Of a stretch of 36,941 bases of DNA, positions 19,273-27,961 are shown piece by piece. Made by a program: the position numbers and the translations under genes. Every line of letters starts with the position of its first letter. The first letter of the stretch is position 1. The notes under the pieces are model-generated. The model did no database searches. It was not told where the DNA came from and saw only the letters and a program-made list of their open reading frames with translations. The DNA is taken from positions 1-36,941 of the forward strand of contig JAOTWE010000003.1 of NCBI GenBank assembly GCA_029863065.1, in the 5' to 3' direction. The stretch is from Betaproteobacteria bacterium (GTDB lineage: Bacteria > Pseudomonadota > Gammaproteobacteria > Burkholderiales > SG8-39).

Positions 19273-19572
19273 TCAAAGCCAGGATTGCACGGCGTTGTGC
19301 TCGGCTACGAGGTCCACGAACCCTCCGTAGTCCACCAGGCGAACGCCGTCCATCACCCGGTTCTGCATGCCCCGCGCCTCGACATCGGGCTTGAGGGCGT
19401 AAATCGTCACGCTGTGCAGAGCTTTCTGCACCTGCGGCGAGACGGCCGTGTCCCGGGCCGCCGCGTACACGCCGTCCTCGATCAGCAGCACCGCGCTGCC
19501 CTGCCGCGCGAACTTCAGGCAGCTCTCCAGCGCCTTGTGCTCGAACGGCGACTTGTTGACGGTATGCAGCAT
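19273..19572 (-). CDS. dsrH: DsrH
   Basis: MLHTVNKSPF...LLIEDGVY...DYGGFVDLV...QSWL. Confidence 0.95.
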   Translation of the reverse strand: MLHTVNKSPFEHKALESCLKFARQGSAVLLIEDGVYAAARDTAVSPQVQKALHSVTIYALKPDVEARGMQNRVMDGVRLVDYGGFVDLVAEHNAVQSWL

Positions 19573-19583
19573 CGCTTGGGTCC

Positions 19584-19967
19584 TCAGAAGCTCAGGATCA
19601 CGTCCTGCGCTTCCATGATCTCGGCCATGCGTTCGGCGTCCACCACCTCGACCGGCACCACGAGGTCGGATTCGCTCAGCCCGCGTGCCTCGAGCGCCTC
19701 CTTCTCCACGTAGAGCTTGGTGACGTCGTAGTCCTCCAGGGCGCGGAACGCAGGCGAGAAGTTCTTCACTTCCAGTGCCTTGGTGTCCTGGCCCTTCGTC
19801 AGCTGGTACACGCCGTCGCCCAGGAACGCGAGGCTCACGTCCTGCTCGAACGCGGCGCCGATCAGCACCACTTCCAGCGACTCGAGCGCATAGAGGGTGC
19901 CGTAGGGCGCCCTGCGGTTCACGTACAGGAAGCGCTTGGCGACGCTGCCTGCGTTTTCCTCAGTCAC
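19584..19967 (-). CDS. dsrF: DsrF
   Basis: RRAPYGTLYALESLE...FLGDGVYQL...QDVILSF; GTG start at 19967. Confidence 0.93.
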   Translation of the reverse strand: MTEENAGSVAKRFLYVNRRAPYGTLYALESLEVVLIGAAFEQDVSLAFLGDGVYQLTKGQDTKALEVKNFSPAFRALEDYDVTKLYVEKEALEARGLSESDLVVPVEVVDAERMAEIMEAQDVILSF

Positions 19968-20352
19968 CGAACACCACCAACCGGTCGGACTGGATGCCGG
20001 CTTCGATGAGCTGTCCCAGGCCCGAGATGCGAAAGCCCGGCGCGATGTTGTCGGCATCCTTGCCGTTGCGCTTGGCCTCGCTCTTGTCCATCAGCCCGCG
20101 GCGCTGCGCGGCGGCGATGCACACCACGAGATCGAGCTTGTGCTCGGCGGCGAGCTCGCTCCAGCGCTTGACGATGTTGCGGTCGTCCTGCGGCGGCACG
20201 GTGAGCCGCGTGCCGTTGTTCACGCCGTCGTGATAGAAGAACACGCGGTAGATCTCGTGCCCCTTCGCCAGCGCGGCCTTGACGAACTGGTAGGCGGTGT
20301 CCGAGGCCTCGTGGGTATAGGGCCCTTCGTTCACGAGGATGCCGAATTTCAT
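19960..20352 (-). CDS. dsrE: DsrE sulfurtransferase
   Basis: GPYTHEASD, VFFYHDGV, CIAAAQRRG and SGLGQL. Confidence 0.96.
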   Translation of the reverse strand: MKFGILVNEGPYTHEASDTAYQFVKAALAKGHEIYRVFFYHDGVNNGTRLTVPPQDDRNIVKRWSELAAEHKLDLVVCIAAAQRRGLMDKSEAKRNGKDADNIAPGFRISGLGQLIEAGIQSDRLVVFGD

Positions 20353-20364
20353 GCCGCCGCGCGC

Positions 20365-21459
20365 CTAGAAGCGGATGTGCGCCGAGGCGTTGAGGCTGTT
20401 CCTCGCGCCGCGCCAATTGTCGATGTGGAACTTGGTGAACGGCAGCCCCGTGAGCTCGAAAAAGCGCGGCCAGCCGATGCGCTCCACCCAGTCGCCGACG
20501 CGCTCCCAGTCGCGCGCATCCTTCTTGTACGTGTAGAGGATCTTCTTCACCACTGCGGCCACCTCGGGCCAGCGCGGCGGGTTGTTGGGCAGCCCGGCCG
20601 CCACCAGCTTCTGGAACATGGGCTTGGAGCGGGCGTTGGAATTCTTGCCGCCGACCCAGATGGCGAGCTTGGAATGCTCCGGGTCGTTGATCTGCATCGG
20701 CGGGCACGGCGGATAGCAGGCGCCGCAGCAGATGCATTTCTTCTCGTCCACCTCCAGCGAGGGCTTGCCGTTGACGATCGCCGGGCGGATCGCCGCCACC
20801 GGGCAGCGCGCCACCACGGAAGGGCGCTCGCACACGTTCGCCACGAGGTCGTGGTTGATCTTGGGGGGCTTGGTGTGCTGCACGTTGATCGCGATGTCGC
20901 CCTGGCCGCCGCAGTTGATCTGGCAGCAGGAGGTTGTGATGTGCACGCGGTTGGGCATCTCCTCCTTGATGAACTCTTCATACAGCTCGTCCATCAGCGA
21001 CTTCACCACGCCCGAGGCATCCGTCCCCGGGATGTCGCAGTGCAGCCAGCCCTGGGTGTGCGAGATCATGGTCACCGAGTTGCCGGTGCCGCCGACCGGG
21101 TAGCCCGCGTCGTTGAAGGCCTGGATCAGCGGGCCGACCTTGTCCCAGCTGGAGACCATCACCTCCAGGTTCGAGCGGATGGTGAATCGGACGAACCCCT
21201 CGCCGTACTTGTCGATGATGTCGCACAGCAGGTTGATCTCGTACGGACCGAGCTGGCGCTGCGTGCCGACGCGCACCGTCCAGATCTCGTCGCCCGAGTA
21301 GGCGACGTGGTGCAGCACGCCCGGGCGCGGTCGGTCGTGGTACTTCCAGTTGCCGAAGTTCTTGATCATCAGCGGATGCATGTACTGCATGCCGTCGGGA
21401 CACCCGCTCTCGATCGGCGCTCGCATCTGCTTCTTCTCGATTACCTGTGCTTGTGCCAC
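20365..21459 (-). CDS. dsrB: Reverse dissimilatory sulfite reductase beta subunit
   Basis: HTQGWLHCDIP, SCCQINCGG, CICCGACYPPCP, NNPPRWPE and C-terminal SAHIRF. Confidence 0.97.
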   Translation of the reverse strand: MAQAQVIEKKQMRAPIESGCPDGMQYMHPLMIKNFGNWKYHDRPRPGVLHHVAYSGDEIWTVRVGTQRQLGPYEINLLCDIIDKYGEGFVRFTIRSNLEVMVSSWDKVGPLIQAFNDAGYPVGGTGNSVTMISHTQGWLHCDIPGTDASGVVKSLMDELYEEFIKEEMPNRVHITTSCCQINCGGQGDIAINVQHTKPPKINHDLVANVCERPSVVARCPVAAIRPAIVNGKPSLEVDEKKCICCGACYPPCPPMQINDPEHSKLAIWVGGKNSNARSKPMFQKLVAAGLPNNPPRWPEVAAVVKKILYTYKKDARDWERVGDWVERIGWPRFFELTGLPFTKFHIDNWRGARNSLNASAHIRF

Positions 21460-21480
21460 TGCGATCTCCTCGGTCCGGTC

Positions 21481-22785
21481 TCAGGCCGCCGACTTCTGCT
21501 GGCGATCGATCCACTTCTGCGCTTCCTTGTCCCAGTCGTCCAGGCGCACGTAGGAGCTGGTGCGCGGGTGCGTGATCATGTTCGGGTCGACCTCGACGCC
21601 GATGCCCTCGAGGAAGCTCGCCAGGCCGATGCGCTCGATCATTTCGCCGCAGCGCTCGTGCTCGAGGCCGTTCTCCGCCCAGAAATCGATCACCGTGGCG
21701 GCGAGCTCGCGCAGTTTCTCGTAGTCCTCGTCGGTCTCCATCTTCATGAACGGCACGATCACCGTGCCCATGGTGTCGCCGATCTTGAGTGTGCGCTTGC
21801 CGCCGATGAGCAGCGTGATGCCGCGGTCCTTGCCGGGCTTCAAGGCCTTGGTCATGACGTTGATGCAGTGCATGCAGCGCACGCAGCTCTTGTTGTCGAC
21901 TTCCAGCGTATCGTCGTCGTTGAGCGAGAGCGCCTTCGTCGGGCAGCGCGCGATCACGTTGTCGATCGTGTACTTGCGGCCGTGGCCCGCGACATATTCC
22001 TTCACGCCCTTCTGGTCGACCTGCATGTCGTCGCGCCAGGTGCCGATGACGGCGAAGTCGGCGCGCTGGATCGAGTTCATGCAGTCGTTGGGGCAGCCCG
22101 AGACCTTGAACTTGAACTTGTAGGGCAGCGCCGGGCGGTGCATGTCGTCGATGAAGTTGTTGACGAGCGTCCGGTGGATGCGGTGCTCGTTGGTGCACGA
22201 CTGCTCGCAGCGCGCCGCGCCGACGCAGGACATCGCGGTGCGCACGCAGGGGCCCGCGCCGCCCAGGTCGAAGCCGTACTCGTTGATCTCGTCGAAGAAA
22301 TGCTGCGTGTTCTCGCTCGTCGAGCCGATGAACATGATGTTGCCGGTCTGGCCGTGGAACGCGATCAGGCCGGAGCCCCACTTGCTCCACGAGCCCGAGA
22401 GCTGGCGCAGGAGCTTGGTCGTGTAGTGGTTGCCCGCCGGCGGCTGCACGCGCAGCGTATGAAATTCCTTGGACTCCGGGAACATGCTCGCCACTTCGGA
22501 AAAGCGCGGGATGATGCCGCCGCCATAGCCGAACACCGAGACGGTGCCGCCCTTCCAGTAGCCGAGGCGCGTCTTGTAGGAATGCTCGAGCTGGCCGAGC
22601 AGGTCGACCATCATGTTGTTGTCGTGCGCGAGGCGCTTCAGGCCGGTGACGAAGCTCGGCCAGGGGCCGCTCTCGAGCTGGTCGAGCATGGGCGTCGGAT
22701 GGAAGGCCTTGCTGGACTTCTTCTCCTTGGGCAAAAACGTGCTGTGCCGCTCAGGATTCTTGGGCGGCGTGCGGGCGTCGGACAT
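21481..22785 (-). CDS. dsrA: Reverse dissimilatory sulfite reductase alpha subunit
   Basis: TPMLDQLESGPWPSFV, WKGG, CVGAARC, KFKFKVSGCPNDC and CVRCMHCIN; AGGAGG RBS upstream. Confidence 0.97.
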   Translation of the reverse strand: MSDARTPPKNPERHSTFLPKEKKSSKAFHPTPMLDQLESGPWPSFVTGLKRLAHDNNMMVDLLGQLEHSYKTRLGYWKGGTVSVFGYGGGIIPRFSEVASMFPESKEFHTLRVQPPAGNHYTTKLLRQLSGSWSKWGSGLIAFHGQTGNIMFIGSTSENTQHFFDEINEYGFDLGGAGPCVRTAMSCVGAARCEQSCTNEHRIHRTLVNNFIDDMHRPALPYKFKFKVSGCPNDCMNSIQRADFAVIGTWRDDMQVDQKGVKEYVAGHGRKYTIDNVIARCPTKALSLNDDDTLEVDNKSCVRCMHCINVMTKALKPGKDRGITLLIGGKRTLKIGDTMGTVIVPFMKMETDEDYEKLRELAATVIDFWAENGLEHERCGEMIERIGLASFLEGIGVEVDPNMITHPRTSSYVRLDDWDKEAQKWIDRQQKSAA

Positions 22786-22939
22786 CGCTTCCCTCCTCAG
22801 GGTGCGGAATCGAACCCTGCAAGTGTAATGAGGACACCTTCCGCGCAGGCCTGAATTTGGGGATAGACCGCAACGGCCACCCTCCCCCTTTGGAGATATA
22901 GGGCTTGCTTATGACCCAAGCGGCGGCAAATGGGGTAGC

Positions 22940-23842
22940 GTGTCACGCGCCTTGATTGCCGTCCTGCAGAAAGAATCTCCTTACGACCTCGACCGGCCGC
23001 AGGCCTACCTGCGCTGGCGCGACGAGAAGCTCGCGCGCTACCCGCGAAGCGCCGAGGCGCTGATTGTGGAGGTACGCGACCCGCGGGCGTTGAGCGACAG
23101 CGAGGCCGCGCACATCCGCCGCGTGTGCGCCGCGGCGAACATGGCGGTCTACGCGAGCCCGCTCGCCGGCGTGGCCGACAAGGACATTCCGCGCCGTCTC
23201 GGCGCGCGGCTGGGCCTCGAGCGCCTTCAGGCCAACCCGCTCGCGGACGAGGACGGCATCAGCTCGCTCGAAGTGACGGCGGAAAAGTCCGGCCGGGGCT
23301 ACGTCCCGTACTCCAACCGGCGGCTGCTCTGGCACACCGACGGCTACTACAACCCGCCCGGGAGCCGCATCCGCGCCTTCCTCCTGCACTGCGTACGCCC
23401 CGCGGCCGCGGGCGGCGAGAACCGCCTGCTCGATCCGGAGATCGCCTACATCCTGTTGCGCGACGCCGATCCGCGATATGTCAGGGCGCTGTCGGCCCCG
23501 GACGCCATGACCGTGCCGGCGAACGAGGAGGATCCGACCTTGCAGCGCGCTGCGCAGACGGGCCCGGTCTTCTCCTTTGAAGACGGAGCGCTGCACATGC
23601 GCTACACCGCGCGCACGCGCAGCATCGAATGGCGACAGGACGCGGCCACGCAGGCCGCGGTGAAGCGCCTGCGCGAGATCCTCGACTCCGACTCGCCGTA
23701 CGTCTTCCGGCTGAGGCTCTCGGGCGGCCAGGGCCTGGTGTGCAACAACGTGCTGCACGATCGCAGCGAATTCACGGACGCGCCGGGCGCGAGCCGGCTG
23801 GTCTACCGCGCCCGTTACGCGGACCGCATCGGCCCGGCATGA
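22940..23842 (+). CDS. TauD/TfdA-like Fe(II)/2-oxoglutarate dioxygenase
   Basis: WHTDGYY...LLHCVRPA..GGEN...NNVLHDR...R (HxD...H facial triad). Confidence 0.82.
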   Translation: MSRALIAVLQKESPYDLDRPQAYLRWRDEKLARYPRSAEALIVEVRDPRALSDSEAAHIRRVCAAANMAVYASPLAGVADKDIPRRLGARLGLERLQANPLADEDGISSLEVTAEKSGRGYVPYSNRRLLWHTDGYYNPPGSRIRAFLLHCVRPAAAGGENRLLDPEIAYILLRDADPRYVRALSAPDAMTVPANEEDPTLQRAAQTGPVFSFEDGALHMRYTARTRSIEWRQDAATQAAVKRLREILDSDSPYVFRLRLSGGQGLVCNNVLHDRSEFTDAPGASRLVYRARYADRIGPA

Positions 23843-24561
23843 GGACCTTCCCGCTCAAGTACATCAAGGAAAGCGCCGCCGTCGGCAACGCCGACGACAG
23901 CAGCGACGCAGCTGAGGAGACCGGGAAGCTCAAGCGCCTGGTGGCCGGCGTGCGCGAGGAGCTCGAGGCGCTCTCCCCCGGCGCCGCGCCGCTGCGGCGC
24001 GCGGACCTTCTGCTGCAGCTCGGCCGCGCGCTCGTGCGGCTCGAGCAGCGCGCCGAGGCCTGGGCCGCCGCGCGCGAGGCGTTCGATTTCTACCTGGCCG
24101 AGCAGGCCTGGGAAGGCGCGGCGCAAGCCTGCGACATCCTGTTCCTCGCCGACCAGCCGCAATCGCTCGCCGCGCTCGGCCAAGGCATCTGGCTCGCGGT
24201 GACCTATCCGGTGGATCCCGAGCTGAGCGTCGCGCTGCTGCAGCACGTGGTGGACGAGACGCCGCCCGATGCCGACGGCGCGGCGGTGGCCGCCGTCACG
24301 GCCTGCTACCTCGTCGACCTGCGCGCGCAGGAGCCGCAGCGCGAACACCTGCTGCTCTACACCAACCAGGTGCTCGCCACGGTGGCGCGACGGCATAGCG
24401 GCGTCGACGGCCAGGATTCTTTCAACCGCTGGATCGAGGACATGGAGCTGAGCGACCCGGCGCTGTTCCTGCCGCGGCTGCGGAACGTGGTCGATGTCCT
24501 GGTGCAGGACGAGTGGTGGTTCGACCGCGATGCCCTGCAGGCGGCGCTGCCCGCGGACTGA
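23839..24561 (+). CDS. TPR-like alpha-helical hypothetical protein
   Basis: ATGA overlap with the upstream gene; LLQLGRALVRLEQRAEAWAAAREA TPR-like repeat; host-like codon usage. Confidence 0.65.
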   Translation: MRTFPLKYIKESAAVGNADDSSDAAEETGKLKRLVAGVREELEALSPGAAPLRRADLLLQLGRALVRLEQRAEAWAAAREAFDFYLAEQAWEGAAQACDILFLADQPQSLAALGQGIWLAVTYPVDPELSVALLQHVVDETPPDADGAAVAAVTACYLVDLRAQEPQREHLLLYTNQVLATVARRHSGVDGQDSFNRWIEDMELSDPALFLPRLRNVVDVLVQDEWWFDRDALQAALPAD

Positions 24562-24562
24562 G

Positions 24563-25213
24563 ATGGACGACGTCGTGGACGCGGTGTTCGCGATCGAGTG
24601 CCGCAGCCTGCCGGTCGATCATGCCTACGCGCTCTCCGCGGCGATCCAGGCGGCGCTGCCGTGGTTCGCGGACGAGCCGCAGGCCGGGCTGCACACCGTG
24701 CACGGCGCGGCTTCGGGCGCGGGCTGGGTGCGGCCCGAGGGCGAGGAGGCGGTGCTGCAGCTTTCCCGGCGCACGAGGCTCGTGCTGCGGCTCCCCGGGC
24801 ATCGCATGGCAGACGCGGCGGCGCTCACCGGGCAGACCCTGGATATCGCCGGCTGTCCGCTGCGCGTGGGCCGGCTGTCTACGCGCCCGCTCCTGCGCAT
24901 CGCGTCGCTCTTCTCGCGCAGCGTGATCTTCGAGGGCGCGGCCGACGAAGCGGCGTTCGTCGCCGCCGCGAACGAAGGACTGTGTGCGCTCGGCGTCTCG
25001 GCCTCGACGATGCTCTGCGGCCGCGAGGTCGCGCTCGCCACGCCGCAAGGTGCCTACCGCACGCGCAGCCTGATGCTGACGGTCGCGACGCCCGCGCAGT
25101 CTTTGCTGCTCCAGCGCCAAGGCCTGGGCGAGGCGCGCAAGCTCGGCTGCGGTGTCTTCATCCCCCACAAGGACGTCGGCGACCTGCGTCCCACGCCGCT
25201 GGAAGCTTTTTGA
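24563..25213 (+). CDS. cas6: Orphan Cas6/Cmx6-like RAMP endoribonuclease homologue
   Basis: N-terminal VDAVFxxxxxxLPVDHAYAL and C-terminal Gly-rich loop QGLGEARKLGCGVFIP, as recalled for type I-MYXAN Cas6; 216 aa. Confidence 0.82.
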   Translation: MDDVVDAVFAIECRSLPVDHAYALSAAIQAALPWFADEPQAGLHTVHGAASGAGWVRPEGEEAVLQLSRRTRLVLRLPGHRMADAAALTGQTLDIAGCPLRVGRLSTRPLLRIASLFSRSVIFEGAADEAAFVAAANEGLCALGVSASTMLCGREVALATPQGAYRTRSLMLTVATPAQSLLLQRQGLGEARKLGCGVFIPHKDVGDLRPTPLEAF

Positions 25214-25250
25214 AGATTCCCATCGTGATCCGGCTTCAGGAGAAAGGACC

Positions 25251-25592
25251 ATGACGTACGAAGTGAACGGCAAGACCCTCGAGGCGACCGAGAACGGCTA
25301 CCTGGTGAACGCCGACGACTGGGACAAGGACGTCGCGCAGGCGATCGCCGCCGCGGAAGGGCTTTCACTCACCCAGGATCACTGGGACGTGATCGAGTAC
25401 CTGCGCGACGCCTGGTTCACCCACAACGGCGAGCAGCCCAACAACCGCGCCATCCTCAAGGCCATGCAGGACAAGTGGTCCGGGCGCAAGGTGGACAACA
25501 AGACGCTGTTCGATCTCTACCCGGGCAATCCATCCAAGCAGGCGGGCAAGGTCGCGGGGCTTCCCGAGAGCCTGCGCAAGGGCGGGTACTGA
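25251..25592 (+). CDS. DsrC/TusE-family paralogue with no cysteine
   Basis: ENGYLVNADDW...LTQDHWDVIEYLR...YPGNPSKQAGKVAGLP; AGGAGAAAGG RBS. Confidence 0.88.
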   Translation: MTYEVNGKTLEATENGYLVNADDWDKDVAQAIAAAEGLSLTQDHWDVIEYLRDAWFTHNGEQPNNRAILKAMQDKWSGRKVDNKTLFDLYPGNPSKQAGKVAGLPESLRKGGY

Positions 25593-25613
25593 CGCGCGCC
25601 GCTCGGAGCGCGA

Positions 25614-26483
25614 TCACCTTTTCGGTCCACCCGGTCCGGATTGCGAGCCGCCTGCTGTCCCCAATCCGATGTCGCGGCGCTGATCGAACACGACGTAGGA
25701 GATGGGCGCCGTCGGCTCGTAGCCGATGCGCTTGCGACGCGATTCGGCGAGCAGGTGATAGCGTACCTGCGCCTCGATCGTCGCCGCGCGAGCAGGCACA
25801 TCAAGTGTGTAGCGTCGCCGCTCGCCCCACGCCAGGCGCGTATCCCAGAGATCCACGATGAACGGCCGCCACAGGATGGTGCGCTCAAGCGTATCGGTCG
25901 TCTCGCGCAACACCCGACCACCGGCATCGAGCGCGCGCAGTCGCACCGTCAGGTGGCGATCCGGGGTCCCTGTGGGAAGGAAATGCGCGGCGCCGGTGTT
26001 CTCCAGCACCAGCGCGGCGATGCGCCCGCCGCCAGAAGCGATTGAATCCGAAAACGAGGCAGTAAGAGCCGAGCGCACCATCTGCGGATCGTGTCCGCCG
26101 CGCCAGGTGTGACGGCGTACCAATCGCGCGCTGCCGCCTTCAACGAGCGGGCGCTCAAGCGCGGGCATGTGGCATTGCACGCAGCCCGCGGCGGCCGGAC
26201 TGCGCACCAGGTACTCCCCGCTGCGGCCTTTGAGGCGACCTTGCCCGACCTCGATCTCGGCAATGGTCCCGCAGGGCGGCAGGCGATAAAAAGTGTCCCA
26301 GCGCTCGCCTTGAACGACGTGGCAGCGCATGCACAAGGCATTGGCATCGGAGAACTTCTCGACCGGGTGCGGTGCGTTCGGGCTGCCCCTCGGCCCCAGA
26401 ATCCTGCCCTCGCGCAGATGGCAGCCGGCACAGGTGACGCCTTCCTGCTTCAGGGCCGGATCGAAATCCGGGTTCGGCGCGAG
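25614..26483 (-). pseudogene. 3' fragment of a multiheme cytochrome c, 5' end cut by the IS3 element
   Basis: EGVTCAGCH, CMRCH, CVQCHMP, HTWRGGHD and AHFLPTG motifs; the frame runs directly into the IS left end; no signal peptide or native start. Confidence 0.8.
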
Positions 26484-26552
26484 TGAACTGACCGGCCTTT
26501 TCTGTACCAGGTTGAGAGTTGTAGAGTTCAACTTGGAAGAAGGATCAGGCAG

Positions 26553-26831
26553 ATGGCACACAAGAAGTTCAGTCCCGAGCAGGTGGTGGCGAAGCTGCGG
26601 CAGATCGAAGTGCGGCAGGCAGGCGGGAAGTCTATTGCACAGGCGTGTAAAGATGCCGGGGTTACGGATGTCACGTACTACCGCTGGCGCAAGGAGTACG
26701 GGGGCCTGAAGGCCAACCAGGCGAAGAAGCTGAAGGATCTGGAGCGGGAGAATCAGAGGCTGAAGAAGCTGGTGGCGGACCTGTCCCTTGAGAAGGCGAT
26801 CCTGAAGGACGTGGCCGAGGGAAACTTCTAA
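26553..26831 (+). CDS. IS3 transposase OrfA (HTH)
   Basis: FSPEQVV...[11 protein letters not shown]...[18 protein letters not shown]. Confidence 0.93.
   Translation: MAHKKFSPEQVVAKLRQIEVRQAGGKSIAQACKDAGVTDVTYYRWRKEYGGLKANQAKKLKDLERENQRLKKLVADLSLEKAILKDVAEGNF
26819..26825 (+). other. -1 programmed ribosomal frameshift heptamer joining OrfA to OrfB
   Basis: G GGA AAC (X XXY YYZ pattern) in the OrfA frame two codons before its stop. Confidence 0.75.
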
Positions 26832-26854
26832 GCCCCGAGCGGCGGCGCAAGGCC

Positions 26855-27691
26855 GTGGCACATGCTCGGGGCAAATACGGGGTGTCGGAGAGAAAGGCCT
26901 GTGCGGTGCTTGCGCAGCCGCGCGGCACGCAGCGCTATGTACCAACGGTGCGTGCCAACGAGGACCTGCTTACGCAGGCGATTGTGGGTCTTGCCTGCCA
27001 GTACGGGCGCTACGGGTACCGGATGATCACGGGAATGCTCAAGCTGGGCGGCTGGCGCGTGGGCAAGGACCGGGTGAGCCGGATCTGGAGGAAGGAAGGG
27101 CTGAAGGTGCCCAAGAAGCAAAAGCCCCGAGCAAGGCTGTGGTTGAACGACGGCAGTTGCGTGCGGCTACGGGCCGAGCAGGCGAACCACGTTTGGAGCT
27201 ATGACTTCGTGACCACCTGGACCCATGACGGTCGGCCGGTTCGCCTGCTTACGCTGATCGATGAGCATACGCGGGAGTGCCTGGCGATCCTGGTGGCAAG
27301 GAGCATCGGCGCCCAGGAGGTGATTGAGCTCTTGGCCGAGGTCATGCTCACCAGAGGAATCCCCGAGCACATCCGCTCGGACAACGGCCCTGAATTCACC
27401 GCCAAAGCGCTACGCGAGTGGCTGCAGCGGATCGGCGCCAAGACGCTCTACATCGCACCAGGCAGTCCCTGGGAGAATGGCTACTGCGAGAGCTTCAACG
27501 GCACGCTCAGGGACGAACTGCTCAATGGCGAAATCTTCTACAGCCTGAACGAGGCTCGCATCGTGATCGAGCGCTGGCGCAGCGAATACAACCAGATCAG
27601 GCCCCACAGTTCGCTTGGCTACAGGCCGCCGGCACCGGCGGCCTGTAGCCCGCACCCTCTCATGCTCGCGCAGCCGGTGATGGTGCAGTAA
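26855..27691 (+). CDS. IS3 transposase OrfB (DDE integrase core)
   Basis: [36 protein letters not shown] and [12 protein letters not shown]. Confidence 0.95.
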   Translation: MAHARGKYGVSERKACAVLAQPRGTQRYVPTVRANEDLLTQAIVGLACQYGRYGYRMITGMLKLGGWRVGKDRVSRIWRKEGLKVPKKQKPRARLWLNDGSCVRLRAEQANHVWSYDFVTTWTHDGRPVRLLTLIDEHTRECLAILVARSIGAQEVIELLAEVMLTRGIPEHIRSDNGPEFTAKALREWLQRIGAKTLYIAPGSPWENGYCESFNGTLRDELLNGEIFYSLNEARIVIERWRSEYNQIRPHSSLGYRPPAPAACSPHPLMLAQPVMVQ

Positions 27692-27961
27692 AGTAACAAT
27701 GGTCCTGGTACAAAAGAACGGTCAGCTCAAGACGTTGCCAGCAAAGTTAAGTAACTAGGAGACTTTGTTTGGTTTGACGCCACGCGGCCTTTCCATACGC
27801 GCACTCCGACCCCGTCTGCGGGGTGTTACTCGCTTTAGCATTGAGGGGAGAACGACCCATATTTGCTCCGACGGCGGATGGTTAGATAATAGATTGGTAA
27901 CTCTAGTGTTTGGGGGTCTACCCCCGAAAACGCTCGGTAAGAGCCCAAACGGACGTGACCC

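Larger units (their letters stand above)
26484..27729 (+). mobile_element. IS3-family insertion sequence (1246 bp)
   Basis: 5'-TG...CA-3' ends; imperfect terminal inverted repeats TGAACTGACCGGCCTTTTCTGTACCAGG and TGAGCTGACCGTTCTTTTGTACCAGG (reverse complement); orfA/orfB arrangement. Confidence 0.93.

Noticed and set aside
22805-22816. GGTTCGATTCC T-loop-like motif suggesting a tRNA
   Set aside because: No acceptor, D or anticodon arms can be formed; kept only as part of the dsrA leader hairpin
19936-22854. 972 aa plus-strand ORF and similar long antisense ORFs (14342-16636, 9033-10703, 29236-31008)
   Set aside because: Shadow ORFs opposite well-supported genes, expected with high-GC codon bias; no recognisable motifs
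22856-22937. NarL-type binding sites in the dsrA/tauD divergent promoter (TCCCCCTTTGGAGA, TACCCCAT)
   Set aside because: Too degenerate to support without comparative data
25614-26945. 443 aa minus-strand ORF as a real gene
   Set aside because: It is a chimera of IS3 antisense sequence read in frame into the cytochrome fragment, and it lacks the signal peptide needed for heme attachment
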